Positions 29,147 through 40,199 are shown, counted from the first letter of the stretch. The stretch: DNA of 64,000 bases from Syntrophales bacterium (GCA_963668175.1 OY764159.1:1856001-1920000), one strand, 5' to 3'. Made by a program: numbers and translations. Notes: generated by a model from the sequence alone, not told the origin.

Positions 29147-29914
29147 TTACCTGGCCGGCTTCTGGTAGGAGAACTTCTCCTGCTTGACGGATGCGGGGGC
29201 CACGCTCAGGGCGCCGACCTCCGTAAGCGCCGCGTCCATCATGGGCGGGGGGCCGCAGAGATAGAAGGCGGCACCGGGACCGGCCCCGTGCCTCTTCAGG
29301 ATATCGGCGCTCAGGCGGCCCTTTTCGTAGAGGATGCGGGGAAAACGGGGCTGAAAGTGGTCCTGAACGTCGTCTTCGCGGCTCAGGCAATGGACGATAG
29401 TGAGGTTCAACTCCTGCGTCATCGCGCCGATTTCTTCCGCCGCGAAGGTTTCGGCCAGCGTCTTGTTCACCCAGAAGAGCGTCGTTTCGTTGGCGGCCTT
29501 GATATGACGGAAGTGCCGGAGCACGCTTAAAAACGGCGTCACGCCCACGCCGCCGGCCATCATGACGATCCCGGCGTCGCCGTCGATGCCCTTGCAGAAG
29601 ACGCCCAGGGGGCCCGTGCACCTGACTTCCGTTCCGGGTTTGAGATTGGGGATATCGGACGTGAACGCCCCCTCCTTCTTGATGGTGAAGCTGAGGAGCT
29701 TATCCTCGGGCGCAGCGGAGATGGTGAACGGGTGCGCCTCGCTCCATCCTTCGGGCCTCCTGATCGTGATCGAGGCAAACTGGCCCGCGGCCCTTTTAGA
29801 AAACTTTTCGTCGGACCCTTCGAGATAGACCGAGTTGATGTCGCCGTTTTCGGGGACGACCTTGACCACCTTCCAGATATTGTGCTCCGCTTGATCGGCC
29901 TTCAGTTCCGCCAT
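29147..29914 (-). CDS. FAD/NAD(P)-binding ferredoxin reductase-like oxidoreductase
   Basis: AGQF, HPFTIS, GPLG.F, AGGVGVTPF and YLCGPPPM; GGAGG RBS before ATG 29914. Confidence 0.88.
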   Translation of the reverse strand: MAELKADQAEHNIWKVVKVVPENGDINSVYLEGSDEKFSKRAAGQFASITIRRPEGWSEAHPFTISAAPEDKLLSFTIKKEGAFTSDIPNLKPGTEVRCTGPLGVFCKGIDGDAGIVMMAGGVGVTPFLSVLRHFRHIKAANETTLFWVNKTLAETFAAEEIGAMTQELNLTIVHCLSREDDVQDHFQPRFPRILYEKGRLSADILKRHGAGPGAAFYLCGPPPMMDAALTEVGALSVAPASVKQEKFSYQKPAR

Positions 29915-30069
29915 TCCTTTCACCTCCTTGTATATACGTGCAGTATACGACGTGCCGCAGGCCGTGTCAATGGAGGTTATGGGAAGACGGTTGGGCTGCC
30001 GCCTTGCGAAGAGGAAGCGGTCATGCCCGTCACCGCGTTGCGGGGCGGTCCCGAAGGAAGGAGCCGTAT

Positions 30070-31233
30070 TCAGGCCGTGCTCCCTCCGAAGAGGCTGGCC
30101 GTCTCCTTGAGCCAGTCGGCAATCGGGATGCCCTGCGGGCACGCCTCCTCGCACTGGCCGCATTCGACGCAGTTGGAGGCGTTGTGATCGGCGCCGATAT
30201 GGACGTCGTAGAAGATGCGGTTGGTGGCGACATCGTCCAGCATGTGGGCGTTGTTGAAGAGCGTGAAGCAGCCCGGGATGTTGACCCCGGAAGGGCAGGG
30301 CATGCAATAGCCGCACTGGGTGCAGCCGATCTTCATCCTTTTGCGGTAGACGGCCTTGACTTCGCCGATCAGGGCCTTCTCCTCCGCCGTCAGGGTGCCG
30401 GGGCCGACGAGGCCCGCAATGCGGACATTCTCCTCGACCTGTTCCATCTCGTTCATGCCGCTGAGGACGACGCTCACGGCCGGATGGTTGAAGAGGAAGC
30501 GGAAGGCCCACTCGGCGGGACTCCTTTTCTCCTTCGCGCCGTCCCATATCTTCCGCACGTCGGCGGGAATGTTTTTCGCCAGCCGTCCGCCCCGCAGGGG
30601 CTCCATGACGACCACGCCGAGTCCCTTGCCCGCCGCGTATTCGAGGCCTTCCGTGCCGGCCTGGTAGTGCTCGTCCATGTAATTGTACTGGATCTGGCAA
30701 AAAGACCATGGGTAGCTGTCCACAACCTCCTTGAACAGGTCGAGTTCGTCGTGATAGGAGAAGCCTGCGTGGCGTATCCGGCCCGAGGCGATGGCCGAGT
30801 CGAGGAAATCCCTGACGCCGTGCCTGAGCAGGTTCGGCCAGAACAGCTTGTTGACGGCGTGGACGAGGTAGAAGTCGATGTACGGCAGTTGGAGCCGCTC
30901 CAACTGCTCGTCGAGATAGCGGTCCATGTCCTTCCTGCTTTCGATGAGCCAGCTCGGGAGCTTCGTAGCCACGAAGACCTTCTCGCGCCAGCCGCCCCGA
31001 AGCGCCCGGCCGAGGAACCGCTCGCTGTTTCCCTGGTGGTAGGGGTAGGCCGTATCGACGTAGTTCACGCCGCGGTCGATGGCCCAGTGCAGAAGCCGCA
31101 CGGCTTTCGCCTCGTCGATCTCGCCGTCGTCGACGTGGAAGACGGCGTCGGGATTGGCCATAGGGAGCCGCATGCAGCCGAAGCCCAGGGCCGAAACGGA
31201 AACGCCGGTGCGTCCTAATGTACGATACAACAT
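30070..31233 (-). CDS. Aldo/keto reductase with a C-terminal 4Fe-4S dicluster domain
   Basis: LGFGCMRLP, NYVDTAYPYH, ATKLP, QIQYNY, MEPLRGG, CTQCGYCMPCP and CVECGQCEEACPQ; GGAGG RBS before ATG 31233. Confidence 0.92.
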   Translation of the reverse strand: MLYRTLGRTGVSVSALGFGCMRLPMANPDAVFHVDDGEIDEAKAVRLLHWAIDRGVNYVDTAYPYHQGNSERFLGRALRGGWREKVFVATKLPSWLIESRKDMDRYLDEQLERLQLPYIDFYLVHAVNKLFWPNLLRHGVRDFLDSAIASGRIRHAGFSYHDELDLFKEVVDSYPWSFCQIQYNYMDEHYQAGTEGLEYAAGKGLGVVVMEPLRGGRLAKNIPADVRKIWDGAKEKRSPAEWAFRFLFNHPAVSVVLSGMNEMEQVEENVRIAGLVGPGTLTAEEKALIGEVKAVYRKRMKIGCTQCGYCMPCPSGVNIPGCFTLFNNAHMLDDVATNRIFYDVHIGADHNASNCVECGQCEEACPQGIPIADWLKETASLFGGSTA

Positions 31234-31326
31234 ATGCTGCCTCCTTGCAGGATGCGCCCGAGGCGATGCCTGCACATGCGTTGGATTCGCTTTCCGCCGG
31301 TTTTTCGCTCCGGAACGATCCGGGCG

Positions 31327-31410
31327 TTGACAACCGGTTTCGAAACTGATAGTTTCGTTTCTATATGAATTCCGATTCGCCGTCAAGCAATATCGAAAAT
31401 ATTATTTTCG
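31327..31410. promoter_or_regulatory. Divergent promoter region with two TetR-type operators
   Basis: CGAAACT-gat-AGTTTCG (31341-31357) and CGAAAAT-att-ATTTTCG (31394-31410). TTGACA-N17-TAGTTT overlaps the first operator. Confidence 0.65.
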
Positions 31411-31429
31411 TAATAGGAGGGACACCATC

Positions 31430-32062
31430 ATGCTCCGTAGTGTAAACGACAGGAAGCCGCCGCCGGGCCGCGCCCCCGGCCGCCCCCGCAGCGAAAAGGC
31501 GCGGCGGGCGGTTATCGAGGCGGCTTACGGCCTCCTCGTGGAGAGGCCCCTGGAGGCCATCTCGACACTGGAGATCGCCTGCCGGGCCGGCGTCAGCACG
31601 GCCACGCTCTACCGGTGGTGGGAGAGCAAGGAGACGGTCCTTCTCGACGCCTTCTACGAAACGACGGGCCGGCATCTTCCTTTCCGGACGGACATTGTGA
31701 GTCCCCTGGAACGCCTGAAAGCCCATGCCCGCCAGGGGGCTCGCTATCTCCTGAGCGGCGACGGCCGCATCATGGCCAAACTGATCATGGCCGTCCAGGA
31801 CAACGAAGCGCTCCGCAGCCGGTTCCTGGAAAGGTTTTACGAACCGCGCCGGAAGGCCGCGCGGCAGGTTATCCTGGAGGCTGTGGCCGCCGGCGAGCTT
31901 CCGCCGGAGACGGACCCGGAGGTGCTGATCGACGCCATTTACGGCCCGCTTTACTTCCGTCTCTTTTTCGGCCACAGAAAACTCAACGCCTCCTTCGCCG
32001 AGCGGATCTTCGACCTGGCCGTGGCGGGGGCGAAGAATCACAAGAAAGGAAAGAAAAAATGA
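31430..32062 (+). CDS. TetR/AcrR family regulator
   Basis: GRPRSE, IACRAGVSTATLYRWWESK and GPLYFR. Confidence 0.92.
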   Translation: MLRSVNDRKPPPGRAPGRPRSEKARRAVIEAAYGLLVERPLEAISTLEIACRAGVSTATLYRWWESKETVLLDAFYETTGRHLPFRTDIVSPLERLKAHARQGARYLLSGDGRIMAKLIMAVQDNEALRSRFLERFYEPRRKAARQVILEAVAAGELPPETDPEVLIDAIYGPLYFRLFFGHRKLNASFAERIFDLAVAGAKNHKKGKKK

Positions 32063-32547
32063 ATCATCCCCTTCTGGGCAAGGTCGTGCAACTCGGATTC
32101 GTCGTCCGCGACGCGGACGCCGCCGCCGCCCGCTACGAGACAACCGTTTCCCTCGGGCCCTGGACCGTTTACGTCCTTAAGCCGACGCTCCTCCGCGACC
32201 GGCGCTACCTCGGGCAACCCGGCGAATACGCGATGAAGATCGCCCTGGCTTCCGACGCTTCCGGCCTCACGTACGAGCTGATCGAACCTTTGGCCGGTCC
32301 CAGCGTCTACCACGACTTTCTCTCCGAACGCGGCGAGGGCCTTCATCATATCGGCTGCGAACGCACCCGGGGCCTCGAAGATACGATCGCGGCCTTCCGG
32401 AGGGCCGGCGTCGATGTCTGCATGAGCGGCCGCTGGGGGGAGATCAACTTCGCCTACCTCGCGGCGGAAGAGAAGCTCGGCGTCTGCGTCGAGGTCTGGG
32501 ACGCGCCTGCGGGCTACAGGCTGCCCGAGGAGGCCCGTATCAGGTAA
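32059..32547 (+). CDS. VOC/glyoxalase family protein (methylmalonyl-CoA epimerase-like)
   Basis: QLGFVVRD, GPW, YELIEP and GEGLHHIG; ATGA-type overlap with the tetR stop region. Confidence 0.85.
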   Translation: MNHPLLGKVVQLGFVVRDADAAAARYETTVSLGPWTVYVLKPTLLRDRRYLGQPGEYAMKIALASDASGLTYELIEPLAGPSVYHDFLSERGEGLHHIGCERTRGLEDTIAAFRRAGVDVCMSGRWGEINFAYLAAEEKLGVCVEVWDAPAGYRLPEEARIR

Positions 32548-32591
32548 TTCCGGCTCTCACGCGTAAGCGTCTTCCTCCGTAATCGAAAAGA

Positions 32592-33620
32592 TCAGGATTT
32601 CTCAGGATGCGGCGGGGAGGTTTCACGTCCGGTCTTGAGTGCTGTTTTTTCCGCAAGGATGCGCTGCGACAGGGGTTTGAGCAGATACGGCGCCAGGTAG
32701 ATCGGGAACTGGGACAGGGCGAAGTAGAGCCACGTGAGGCCGGGCAGCGCCCCGCCGGTCGCCGCGAGCATCAGTCCCATGTTGCGCTGCGAGACCATGA
32801 AGCCGATGGCCAGCGCGCGCTTGCGGCCTGCAAATCCGAAAACGACAACCGAAAGAAAGAGAACGGCGAAGAAGACAAGGAAGGCCAGCGCTGTAAGGCC
32901 AAGAACCAGCATCGGCGCGGCCAGGAAGCGGGCGAAGACGTCCTCCATCATGGCCGCCACGAAAACGAAGAGGACGATGATGTTGAAGCCGTCTATTTTT
33001 TCTTTGTGCCGTTCTATGGCCGCCAGTCCGAATTTCCGGCGCAGGGCGAGGCCCGCAACGGCGGAGCCGGCGAGGATTGCGAAGAGCTTGGCGCCGAGCG
33101 CCGGGGGGGAGAGCGTCAGCGCCGGACCGACAAAGACATACACAAAAAACGGCGCGGTGACGGGAATCAGAGCCGTGCCCGCGATCATGGTGACGAGGAC
33201 GAGCGTCGCGTCCAGCCCCATCAGGGCCGCCAGGGCCGGCGAAGCCATCATCGGCGAGGCGATGCCCTGGAGCATCAGCGCGAGATAGAGATCGGGGACG
33301 GTGCGGTCGATACCGAAGGCATGGCAGCAGGGGACGAAAAGAAGGGGGACGGCAATGGACGTCCAGAGCGTTCCCGCGGCGACGATGGCGGGACGGCCCA
33401 TGTAGGCCTTGAACGCCGCCGTGTCGATGCGCAGGAAGGCGGTGCACAGGAGGACGAAGACCGCCTCCGTGACGTAGGGCTTCAATGCGGCGCCCACCGG
33501 CGGCAAGGCGATGCCGAAAACGACGATGGCGGCGACGGCGCGCGTCCCCTGCCTGCCGAGCCACGACAGCGCGGCCGCAGGCAGTCCGAGAAGAAGTCCT
33601 GCCGGGGAGTTCGTCGCCAT
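32592..33620 (-). CDS. Bile acid:Na+ symporter-like (SBF/Acr3 superfamily) membrane protein
   Basis: About 9-10 TM; ASPMMASPALA.LMGLD, QRNMGL and QFPIY. Confidence 0.75.
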   Translation of the reverse strand: MATNSPAGLLLGLPAAALSWLGRQGTRAVAAIVVFGIALPPVGAALKPYVTEAVFVLLCTAFLRIDTAAFKAYMGRPAIVAAGTLWTSIAVPLLFVPCCHAFGIDRTVPDLYLALMLQGIASPMMASPALAALMGLDATLVLVTMIAGTALIPVTAPFFVYVFVGPALTLSPPALGAKLFAILAGSAVAGLALRRKFGLAAIERHKEKIDGFNIIVLFVFVAAMMEDVFARFLAAPMLVLGLTALAFLVFFAVLFLSVVVFGFAGRKRALAIGFMVSQRNMGLMLAATGGALPGLTWLYFALSQFPIYLAPYLLKPLSQRILAEKTALKTGRETSPPHPEKS

Positions 33621-34015
33621 CTCACCTGCCGTTCGGAAAAGACGTCAAGATATCCATGCGCTTTCCTAGTCTTTTCCGGGAATTATGTCAATCGAATATC
33701 TCGGAAGACCGTTCCGGCGATCCCGTTGCGCTTTTTTGAGCCCGGGGCCGTCCGGCTTTCCGGAGGCCCCATTCCGGACGGACCGGACGAATTCACCGGA
33801 AAATCAGATGGCGGACGTGACGCCGGCCTCCGTCGCATGTATAATCGTTATTATTGTCAATGACTTGTTCGCATTGCCTATAGGGTCGTTTCCAATCCCG
33901 GCGATTCTGCCCGTAATTTCTGGCAAAATAATTGCTTCTCCATATTCTGCCGGCCGTTCTGCCGGATAAGCCTATTTTCAGGGCCGGCGACCGGCGACTG
34001 CGGAAAGACGAGACC

Positions 34016-36460
34016 ATGGCCAAGCGGATCGTGAAATACAACCCGGCGTTCCTCTCCGACGAGGAGCTTCGGGAGGGGTTTGTCGTGCGCCACGATGACC
34101 TCCGAAAGATCGCGGGGATGATAGGCGGCGAGGTTCCGGGAACCCGCCGTCATATCCTGGTGATCGGTCCGCGGGGGAGCGGCAAGACGACCCTTGTCCG
34201 CCGGGTCGCCCTCGAAATCGAAGGCGACGAGACGCTCTCGGGCCGCTGGTATCCTCTGATCCTTTCGGAGGCGTGCAGCGGGATCGCCAGCGTCGGCGAG
34301 TTCTGGCTGGAAATCCTGCTCCGCCTGGCCAGACGGACAGGCGACGACCGGCGGCGTTTCAGATACGAGAGCCTGAAAGACGAGGACGACGGGCGGCTGG
34401 CGGCGCGGGCGCTCACGGAGCTCTGCCATGTCGCCGACGCCATGGGCAAAAGGATCCTGCTGATTCTGGACGACATCAGCGCGATATTCGGCGAAGAGAT
34501 GGAGGCGGATGCGGTCCGTAAGGTGCTGCAAACCCTGGCGGACGAACCGCGGCTGACGCTCCTCGCCACGACTCCCGGTCTGTTCGCGGCATTCTCCGGG
34601 GGGTCTTCGGTCCTGCTGGGGATGTTTTCCATCCATAATCTCCTGCCCCTCGACGACGAAGCGTGCCGCGCCGTCTGGGAATCCGTTTCAGGCAGGAGGC
34701 CGCCGGGCGACGAGATCCTCCCTGTCCGGATTCTCACGGGCGGCAACATCCGCCTGGTCGTTGCCGGCGCCCGTATCGGCGCGGGACGGCCGTTCGGCGA
34801 TCTCCTCGACAGCCTCGTGGGACTGATCGACGACCACGCGGAATACTTCAGAGGCCGGTTGGATCGTCTGCTGCCGATCGAACGGAGGGTCTTCCTGGCC
34901 CTGGCCGAATTGTGGGACTCCGCCGAGGCGTATGAAATTGCCAGGATGGCCCGGCTCGACGTCGACAGGACAGGCACGCTCTTGAACAGGCTGGTCGGCC
35001 GGGGGGCGGTACTCGTGGAGATACAGAAGAATAAGACAAAGCGATATAGGGCTGCGGAACGCCTGTTCGGCATCTACAGCATGCTGCGGCGGAGAGGCGG
35101 ACCCACGGAACGCCTCAGGGCGTTTGTGACGTTCATGGTAGCCATGTACGGTGCGGGGCCGTCCGCCGAAGAGGCGGGCCAATCTTTGTCCGAGCCTTGC
35201 AACGATTACGGTCTGGCCTGTGCGGAGGTTATGGGGGCCATGGCGGACTGCCGGCTCCCGGAGGTCGTCGCGCCTTTCGCAGCAAGGCTTTCCGCGGAGG
35301 CTGCCTGCATCGGGGAATCGCCGGAAGACACCGGACCGCAAAGCGAGGAAAAGCCCCCGCCGGAGGTGCTCAGCGAAAAGGATAAAGCCGAGCGGGAGGC
35401 GGCGCTCGCCGCGTCGGGTCAGTGTGTGGGGCTCTTGCTGGACGGAAGATATGCCGAGGCCGGGGAACAGTGCAGCGAGCTTATGAATCGGCTGGCGTCC
35501 TCCTCGGGCGTGGGGGCGGTCAAGCTTGCGGCCCTCGCCATGCTCGGCGAGGGGATCGCCCTGAAGGGGATGAACCGCGCGAATGACGCGATACGGGTGT
35601 TCGATCAGATCATGGCCCTGTACGGGGATTATCCCGAACCGGAGATCGCCGCCCTGGTGGCGCGGGCCATGATCGACAAGGGCCGGACCTTCGCCGAGTC
35701 GGGCCGTCCGGGAGAGGCGATGGCGGTCTACGACCAGGTCATCGCGGAGTACCGGGACCGCCCCGAACCGTCGCTGGCCGCGCAGACGGCGAGGGCCATG
35801 GTCTGCGAAGGCAGGACCTTCGGTTGTCTGGAACGAGACGCCGACGCGGAAATGGCATTCCGCCAGGCCATTGAGCTGTATCCGGCCGGAGTGGACGGCG
35901 GCATCCTGCTGATCCGGTTGCTCCTGGAAAACGCCGGGCGCGTCGACGAGGTCCGCGGCATCGCGGAGACGATGGCCGGCCGGTATCCCGATCATTCCCG
36001 CCTCCTGGACGCCCTGGCGGTGGCCTTTTACGAAAGCGGAGAATCGTCCCTGCTGCCTCGTGGGGAAGACTGGGCGCGCCGCGCCGTTGCCCTGGACCCC
36101 GGCGACCGGGGCAAACAAATCACGCTGGCATGTGTTTTAGCTGCCCTCGGAAAGGGCGACGAGGCGCTGGCGCTCGCCGGGGCCTATCTTGAAGACGAGG
36201 CATTCGTAGCAGTGACGATCGGCCGTGCCGTTGAACTTTTCGTGGAACTGGCCGCCGCGGGGTATGCGAGGGAGGGCTCAGACCTCTTGAAGGATGCGGC
36301 GGCGGCGCGGCACCTGGAGCCCCTCGTCGCCGGGCTTCGGATGTTTGCGGGCGAAGACGTGAAGACGGCCGTGGAGATCGGGGAGGTGGCGGCGGACGTC
36401 GTCAAGCGGATCGAGGCGCGGCGGTCGATACGCAACATTACGCCCCATTCCGTCCCGTAG
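34016..36460 (+). CDS. STAND-like P-loop ATPase with winged-helix and TPR-like repeats
   Basis: Walker A GPRGSGKT, Walker B LLILDD, LTGGNIR (GxP-like position), a wHTH (IARMARL...LNRLVGRG) and about 43-aa helical repeats; start ATG 34016. Confidence 0.78.
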   Translation: MAKRIVKYNPAFLSDEELREGFVVRHDDLRKIAGMIGGEVPGTRRHILVIGPRGSGKTTLVRRVALEIEGDETLSGRWYPLILSEACSGIASVGEFWLEILLRLARRTGDDRRRFRYESLKDEDDGRLAARALTELCHVADAMGKRILLILDDISAIFGEEMEADAVRKVLQTLADEPRLTLLATTPGLFAAFSGGSSVLLGMFSIHNLLPLDDEACRAVWESVSGRRPPGDEILPVRILTGGNIRLVVAGARIGAGRPFGDLLDSLVGLIDDHAEYFRGRLDRLLPIERRVFLALAELWDSAEAYEIARMARLDVDRTGTLLNRLVGRGAVLVEIQKNKTKRYRAAERLFGIYSMLRRRGGPTERLRAFVTFMVAMYGAGPSAEEAGQSLSEPCNDYGLACAEVMGAMADCRLPEVVAPFAARLSAEAACIGESPEDTGPQSEEKPPPEVLSEKDKAEREAALAASGQCVGLLLDGRYAEAGEQCSELMNRLASSSGVGAVKLAALAMLGEGIALKGMNRANDAIRVFDQIMALYGDYPEPEIAALVARAMIDKGRTFAESGRPGEAMAVYDQVIAEYRDRPEPSLAAQTARAMVCEGRTFGCLERDADAEMAFRQAIELYPAGVDGGILLIRLLLENAGRVDEVRGIAETMAGRYPDHSRLLDALAVAFYESGESSLLPRGEDWARRAVALDPGDRGKQITLACVLAALGKGDEALALAGAYLEDEAFVAVTIGRAVELFVELAAAGYAREGSDLLKDAAAARHLEPLVAGLRMFAGEDVKTAVEIGEVAADVVKRIEARRSIRNITPHSVP

Positions 36461-36532
36461 ATGCCCCCGGAAGGTGATATCGCATTCTCGTCCTGCGATC
36501 TCCGTTCTTACGGAGCGGCGGTTATTCGCGCT

Positions 36533-37536
<1,004 letters not shown>

Positions 37537-37537
<1 letters not shown>

Positions 37538-37869
37538 CACATCTCCTTCTGTTTGACGATTTTTCTCATTTGCGTCGCGTGGGCCAGCGTGACCCCGGCC
37601 GCCATGGCGGCGCCCACGTGGACGGCCTCCATCATCTCGTCGTTGTCGATGCCGAGGGAGAGGCATTTGTTCGTATAGGCGTCGATGCAATAGGGGCATT
37701 TCTGCGTGGCGGCGACGGCGAGGGCGATCAGCGTCTTCTCTCTTTCCGTCAGTTTGCCCGCGCCGGTCGCGGAGGCGTAGTAATCGAAGAACTTCGTTCC
37801 CTGTTCCCCGGCCCATTCGGTGATATTCGGAAAGTCTTCAAGGTCCTTCGTGTCGTAGTAGTCGCTCAT
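37537..37869 (-). CDS. AhpD/CMD-like peroxidase-related protein associated with ArsS
   Basis: KFFDYY, LTEREKTLIALAVA, CPYCIDAY and MMEAVHV. Confidence 0.85.
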
Positions 37870-38106
37870 ATCCTTAATCCTCCTTCATCGGCGGTTCTTT
37901 TTGATTGTATTCCACGGGAAGGCGTTTTTCAATGCCCGGACGCATTCTTTCTTCAATTCCTGCGCGGCATGACTTTTATAACCTTTTTGCATGGGAAAAT
38001 CGATAAGAAATGATAGACCGCCCGAAGCGCGCATACGGGCCGGTCTTCCCCGCCCGCCCTGCATCGCTGTTTGAAGGGCTTTTAAAATTGCCGCTTCCGG
38101 TTCGGG

Positions 38107-38148
38107 AAAAAGAAAAGGGCAGCGTCCTTGCCGGAGCTGCCCTTTATT
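38107..38148 (-). terminator. Rho-independent terminator after the flavoprotein gene
   Basis: AAAGGGCAGC/GCTGCCCTTT stem with an A-run on the + strand (U-tract on the - strand). Confidence 0.65.
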
Positions 38149-38220
38149 TGTCTGAACGCGCCTGATGGCACTGTGTGTGCATGAGCGCTATTGGTTCAAG
38201 TCCGTCGGAGACCTCCGCCT

Positions 38221-39726
38221 TTATGCCTTTTCCCTGGCGGCGTTGATGCCGGCGATGCGGCCGAAAATCACCGCCTTGCCGAAGGCCGATCCCGTCATGT
38301 AGGCCGCCCCGTGCATGCCGCCGGTGATCTCGCCCGCGGCGAAAAGGCCGGGGACGTTATCGCCGTAAATGTCGAGCACGCGGGCTTTGCCGTCGATGCG
38401 GATGCCGCCGTATGTGCCGAGGATGACGCCCGTCGACAAAAAGGCGGAATAGGGCGGGTTCTCGATCTTCGTCGGTTTGCCGAAGCCCGAGGTCAGTGTC
38501 TTCCGGCCGAAGGCGTCGGAGCCCCGGTCGATCCCGCTATTGTAGTCCTTGACCGTCTCTTCCAGGGCCTTGGGCGGAACGCCGATCTTGGCGGCCAGCT
38601 CGGCTAAGGTGGGGGCCTGGAAGACGAGGCCCTGCTTCTCCAGTTCCTCGACGGGGGAAAGGGCATCGCCCCTGGAGGCCTCACGGACCTTGGCATCCCA
38701 CAGGGAGTAGGCGACGGCGCCCGTCTGGACCAGCGCCGCGTCGCCCAGGAGCTTGTAGGAAATCGATTCGTTGACGAACCTCTTTCCCTCTTTGTTGACG
38801 ATGATCGCCCCCTTGTAATAGATGTGCGCCCGCTGCTTCGTGCTCGTGCACTCGGGGTGGTAGCCGAACGTGGACTTGATGTAGGGCATGTCGACGAGGT
38901 CCGCGCCGCATCCCCAGGCCATCTTCAGGCCGTCGCCGTGGCTGCCGAGGCCGACCATGGCCCGCGCTTTGGACATGGGGGGTACGAAGCGGGCGAGGAG
39001 CTCCCTGTTGAAGGAGAAGCCGCCGCTCGCCAGCACGACCGCTCGTTTCGCGCCCAGGTTGATCTTCTTGCCACGCTGTACTGCCTGGATGCCGCGGATG
39101 CGGCCCGTTTTCTCGTCCCGGATCAGCCGGGAAGCGGCGGTCTGCATGAGCAATACCGCGCCCTCGGCCTTGGCGGTATCGCCCAGGATTTTGATCACAT
39201 CGGGCGGAACGACCTGGTGGGCCCTGGGGGCGCTCATGCCGCTCGCAATGGTCAACTGGACGAATTTCACGCCGAGCTTTTTCAGCCATTCGTAAGTCGC
39301 AAGCTGGTTTTCCAGGTAGGCCTGAACCTGGACGGGATCGTTCATGTTTTCTCCCACGGTCAGCAGGTCCTTCTTGAGGAGATCGCTTGAGTCCTTGACA
39401 TTTTTCGAGGCCTGAAGGTCGGTTCCTGCGAAAGCGAGGGCGCCGCCGCAAAGGGTCGTACTGCCGCCCACGGTCACCGTCTTTTCCAGGATGATGACCT
39501 TGGCGCCTGCCCGCGCGGCCTCGATGGCCGCCGCAAAGCCGGCCCCGCCGGCCCCGACGATGACGATGTCCGCTTCCTGATCCCATTTCCTGGGTACCTT
39601 GGCGAAGGCATCACGGGCGCCCAGTCCCGCAATGGCGGCAAGTCCCAGTGCCGATACCTTGACGAAATTCCTCCTGCTCAGCCCTTTTTTCCGATCCTTT
39701 TCTTTCTCTTCCATGATGTTCTCCAT
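38221..39726 (-). CDS. Tat-exported flavocytochrome c-type flavoprotein (FAD_binding_2, fumarate reductase/SDH superfamily)
   Basis: SRRNFVK Tat motif; IVGAGGAG, LEK..GGST, LASGGF, GDG, VNKEGKRFVNE, TYGG and GLFAAGE. Confidence 0.9.
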   Translation of the reverse strand: MENIMEEKEKDRKKGLSRRNFVKVSALGLAAIAGLGARDAFAKVPRKWDQEADIVIVGAGGAGFAAAIEAARAGAKVIILEKTVTVGGSTTLCGGALAFAGTDLQASKNVKDSSDLLKKDLLTVGENMNDPVQVQAYLENQLATYEWLKKLGVKFVQLTIASGMSAPRAHQVVPPDVIKILGDTAKAEGAVLLMQTAASRLIRDEKTGRIRGIQAVQRGKKINLGAKRAVVLASGGFSFNRELLARFVPPMSKARAMVGLGSHGDGLKMAWGCGADLVDMPYIKSTFGYHPECTSTKQRAHIYYKGAIIVNKEGKRFVNESISYKLLGDAALVQTGAVAYSLWDAKVREASRGDALSPVEELEKQGLVFQAPTLAELAAKIGVPPKALEETVKDYNSGIDRGSDAFGRKTLTSGFGKPTKIENPPYSAFLSTGVILGTYGGIRIDGKARVLDIYGDNVPGLFAAGEITGGMHGAAYMTGSAFGKAVIFGRIAGINAAREKA

Positions 39727-39816
39727 ATCCTTTTATACTTTGATGCGCCGGCGGCCACCCCGGCTTTCCTCTCGCGGCCGTGCGGATAACTCCTGATGTC
39801 GAATATCTGCCGCCCG

Positions 39817-39844
39817 AGTATAAAGCAAGGGCTTGTGATGTCAA
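39817..39844 (-). promoter_or_regulatory. sigma70 promoter of the flavoprotein gene
   Basis: Minus strand reads TTGACA-N16-TATACT. Confidence 0.55.
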
Positions 39845-40061
39845 GGGATTTCGGTTGGGAACAGGTCCGTGGGTCGGCAAACGAGCGGGGATGGCGGGCA
39901 TAGAGGGCGTTCCGCGCGGATTCGGGGCGGCTATCCGGAAACGGGCCGGCCGAACCCGTCGCAGGGGTAATTGCGCAGCATCGCCAATGTATTACCGATG
40001 CTTCCGGTTGCGGGTCCGATAAAAAGCATTGACAAGCGCCGGGCGATGGATTTAGATGGAG

Positions 40062-40190
40062 TCGAAAAAAGCCGAATCCTTTTTCCAGGGAGCGGAGGAA
40101 CCAATTATTTGGGGCGAATCGCCGTTTGGCGTAGGGTAACCTCTTCGGCCCGATCCCTTCAGCTAACTTCGCAGGCTGCGATGAGGAGAA
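40062..40190 (+). ncRNA. c-di-AMP riboswitch (ydaO/yuaA class)
   Basis: GCCGAATCC...GGAGGAACC...TTTGGGGCGAATC...AGGG...CCCGA.CCC.TCAGCTAACTTCGCAGGC matches the ydaO consensus. It precedes a K+ transporter gene and follows TTGACA at 40029. Confidence 0.88.
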
Positions 40191-40199
40191 CCGACCGGG

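Noticed and set aside
29147..31333. 728-aa ORF suggesting a large fusion protein
   Set aside because: Only the last 255 codons (from ATG 29914, with an RBS) are FNR-like. The rest is an off-frame overlap of the AKR gene with Arg/Pro-rich, non-protein-like composition.
38193..38203. GGTTCAAGTCC, resembling a tRNA T-loop
   Set aside because: The flanks do not form a 5-bp T-stem, an acceptor stem or a cloverleaf.
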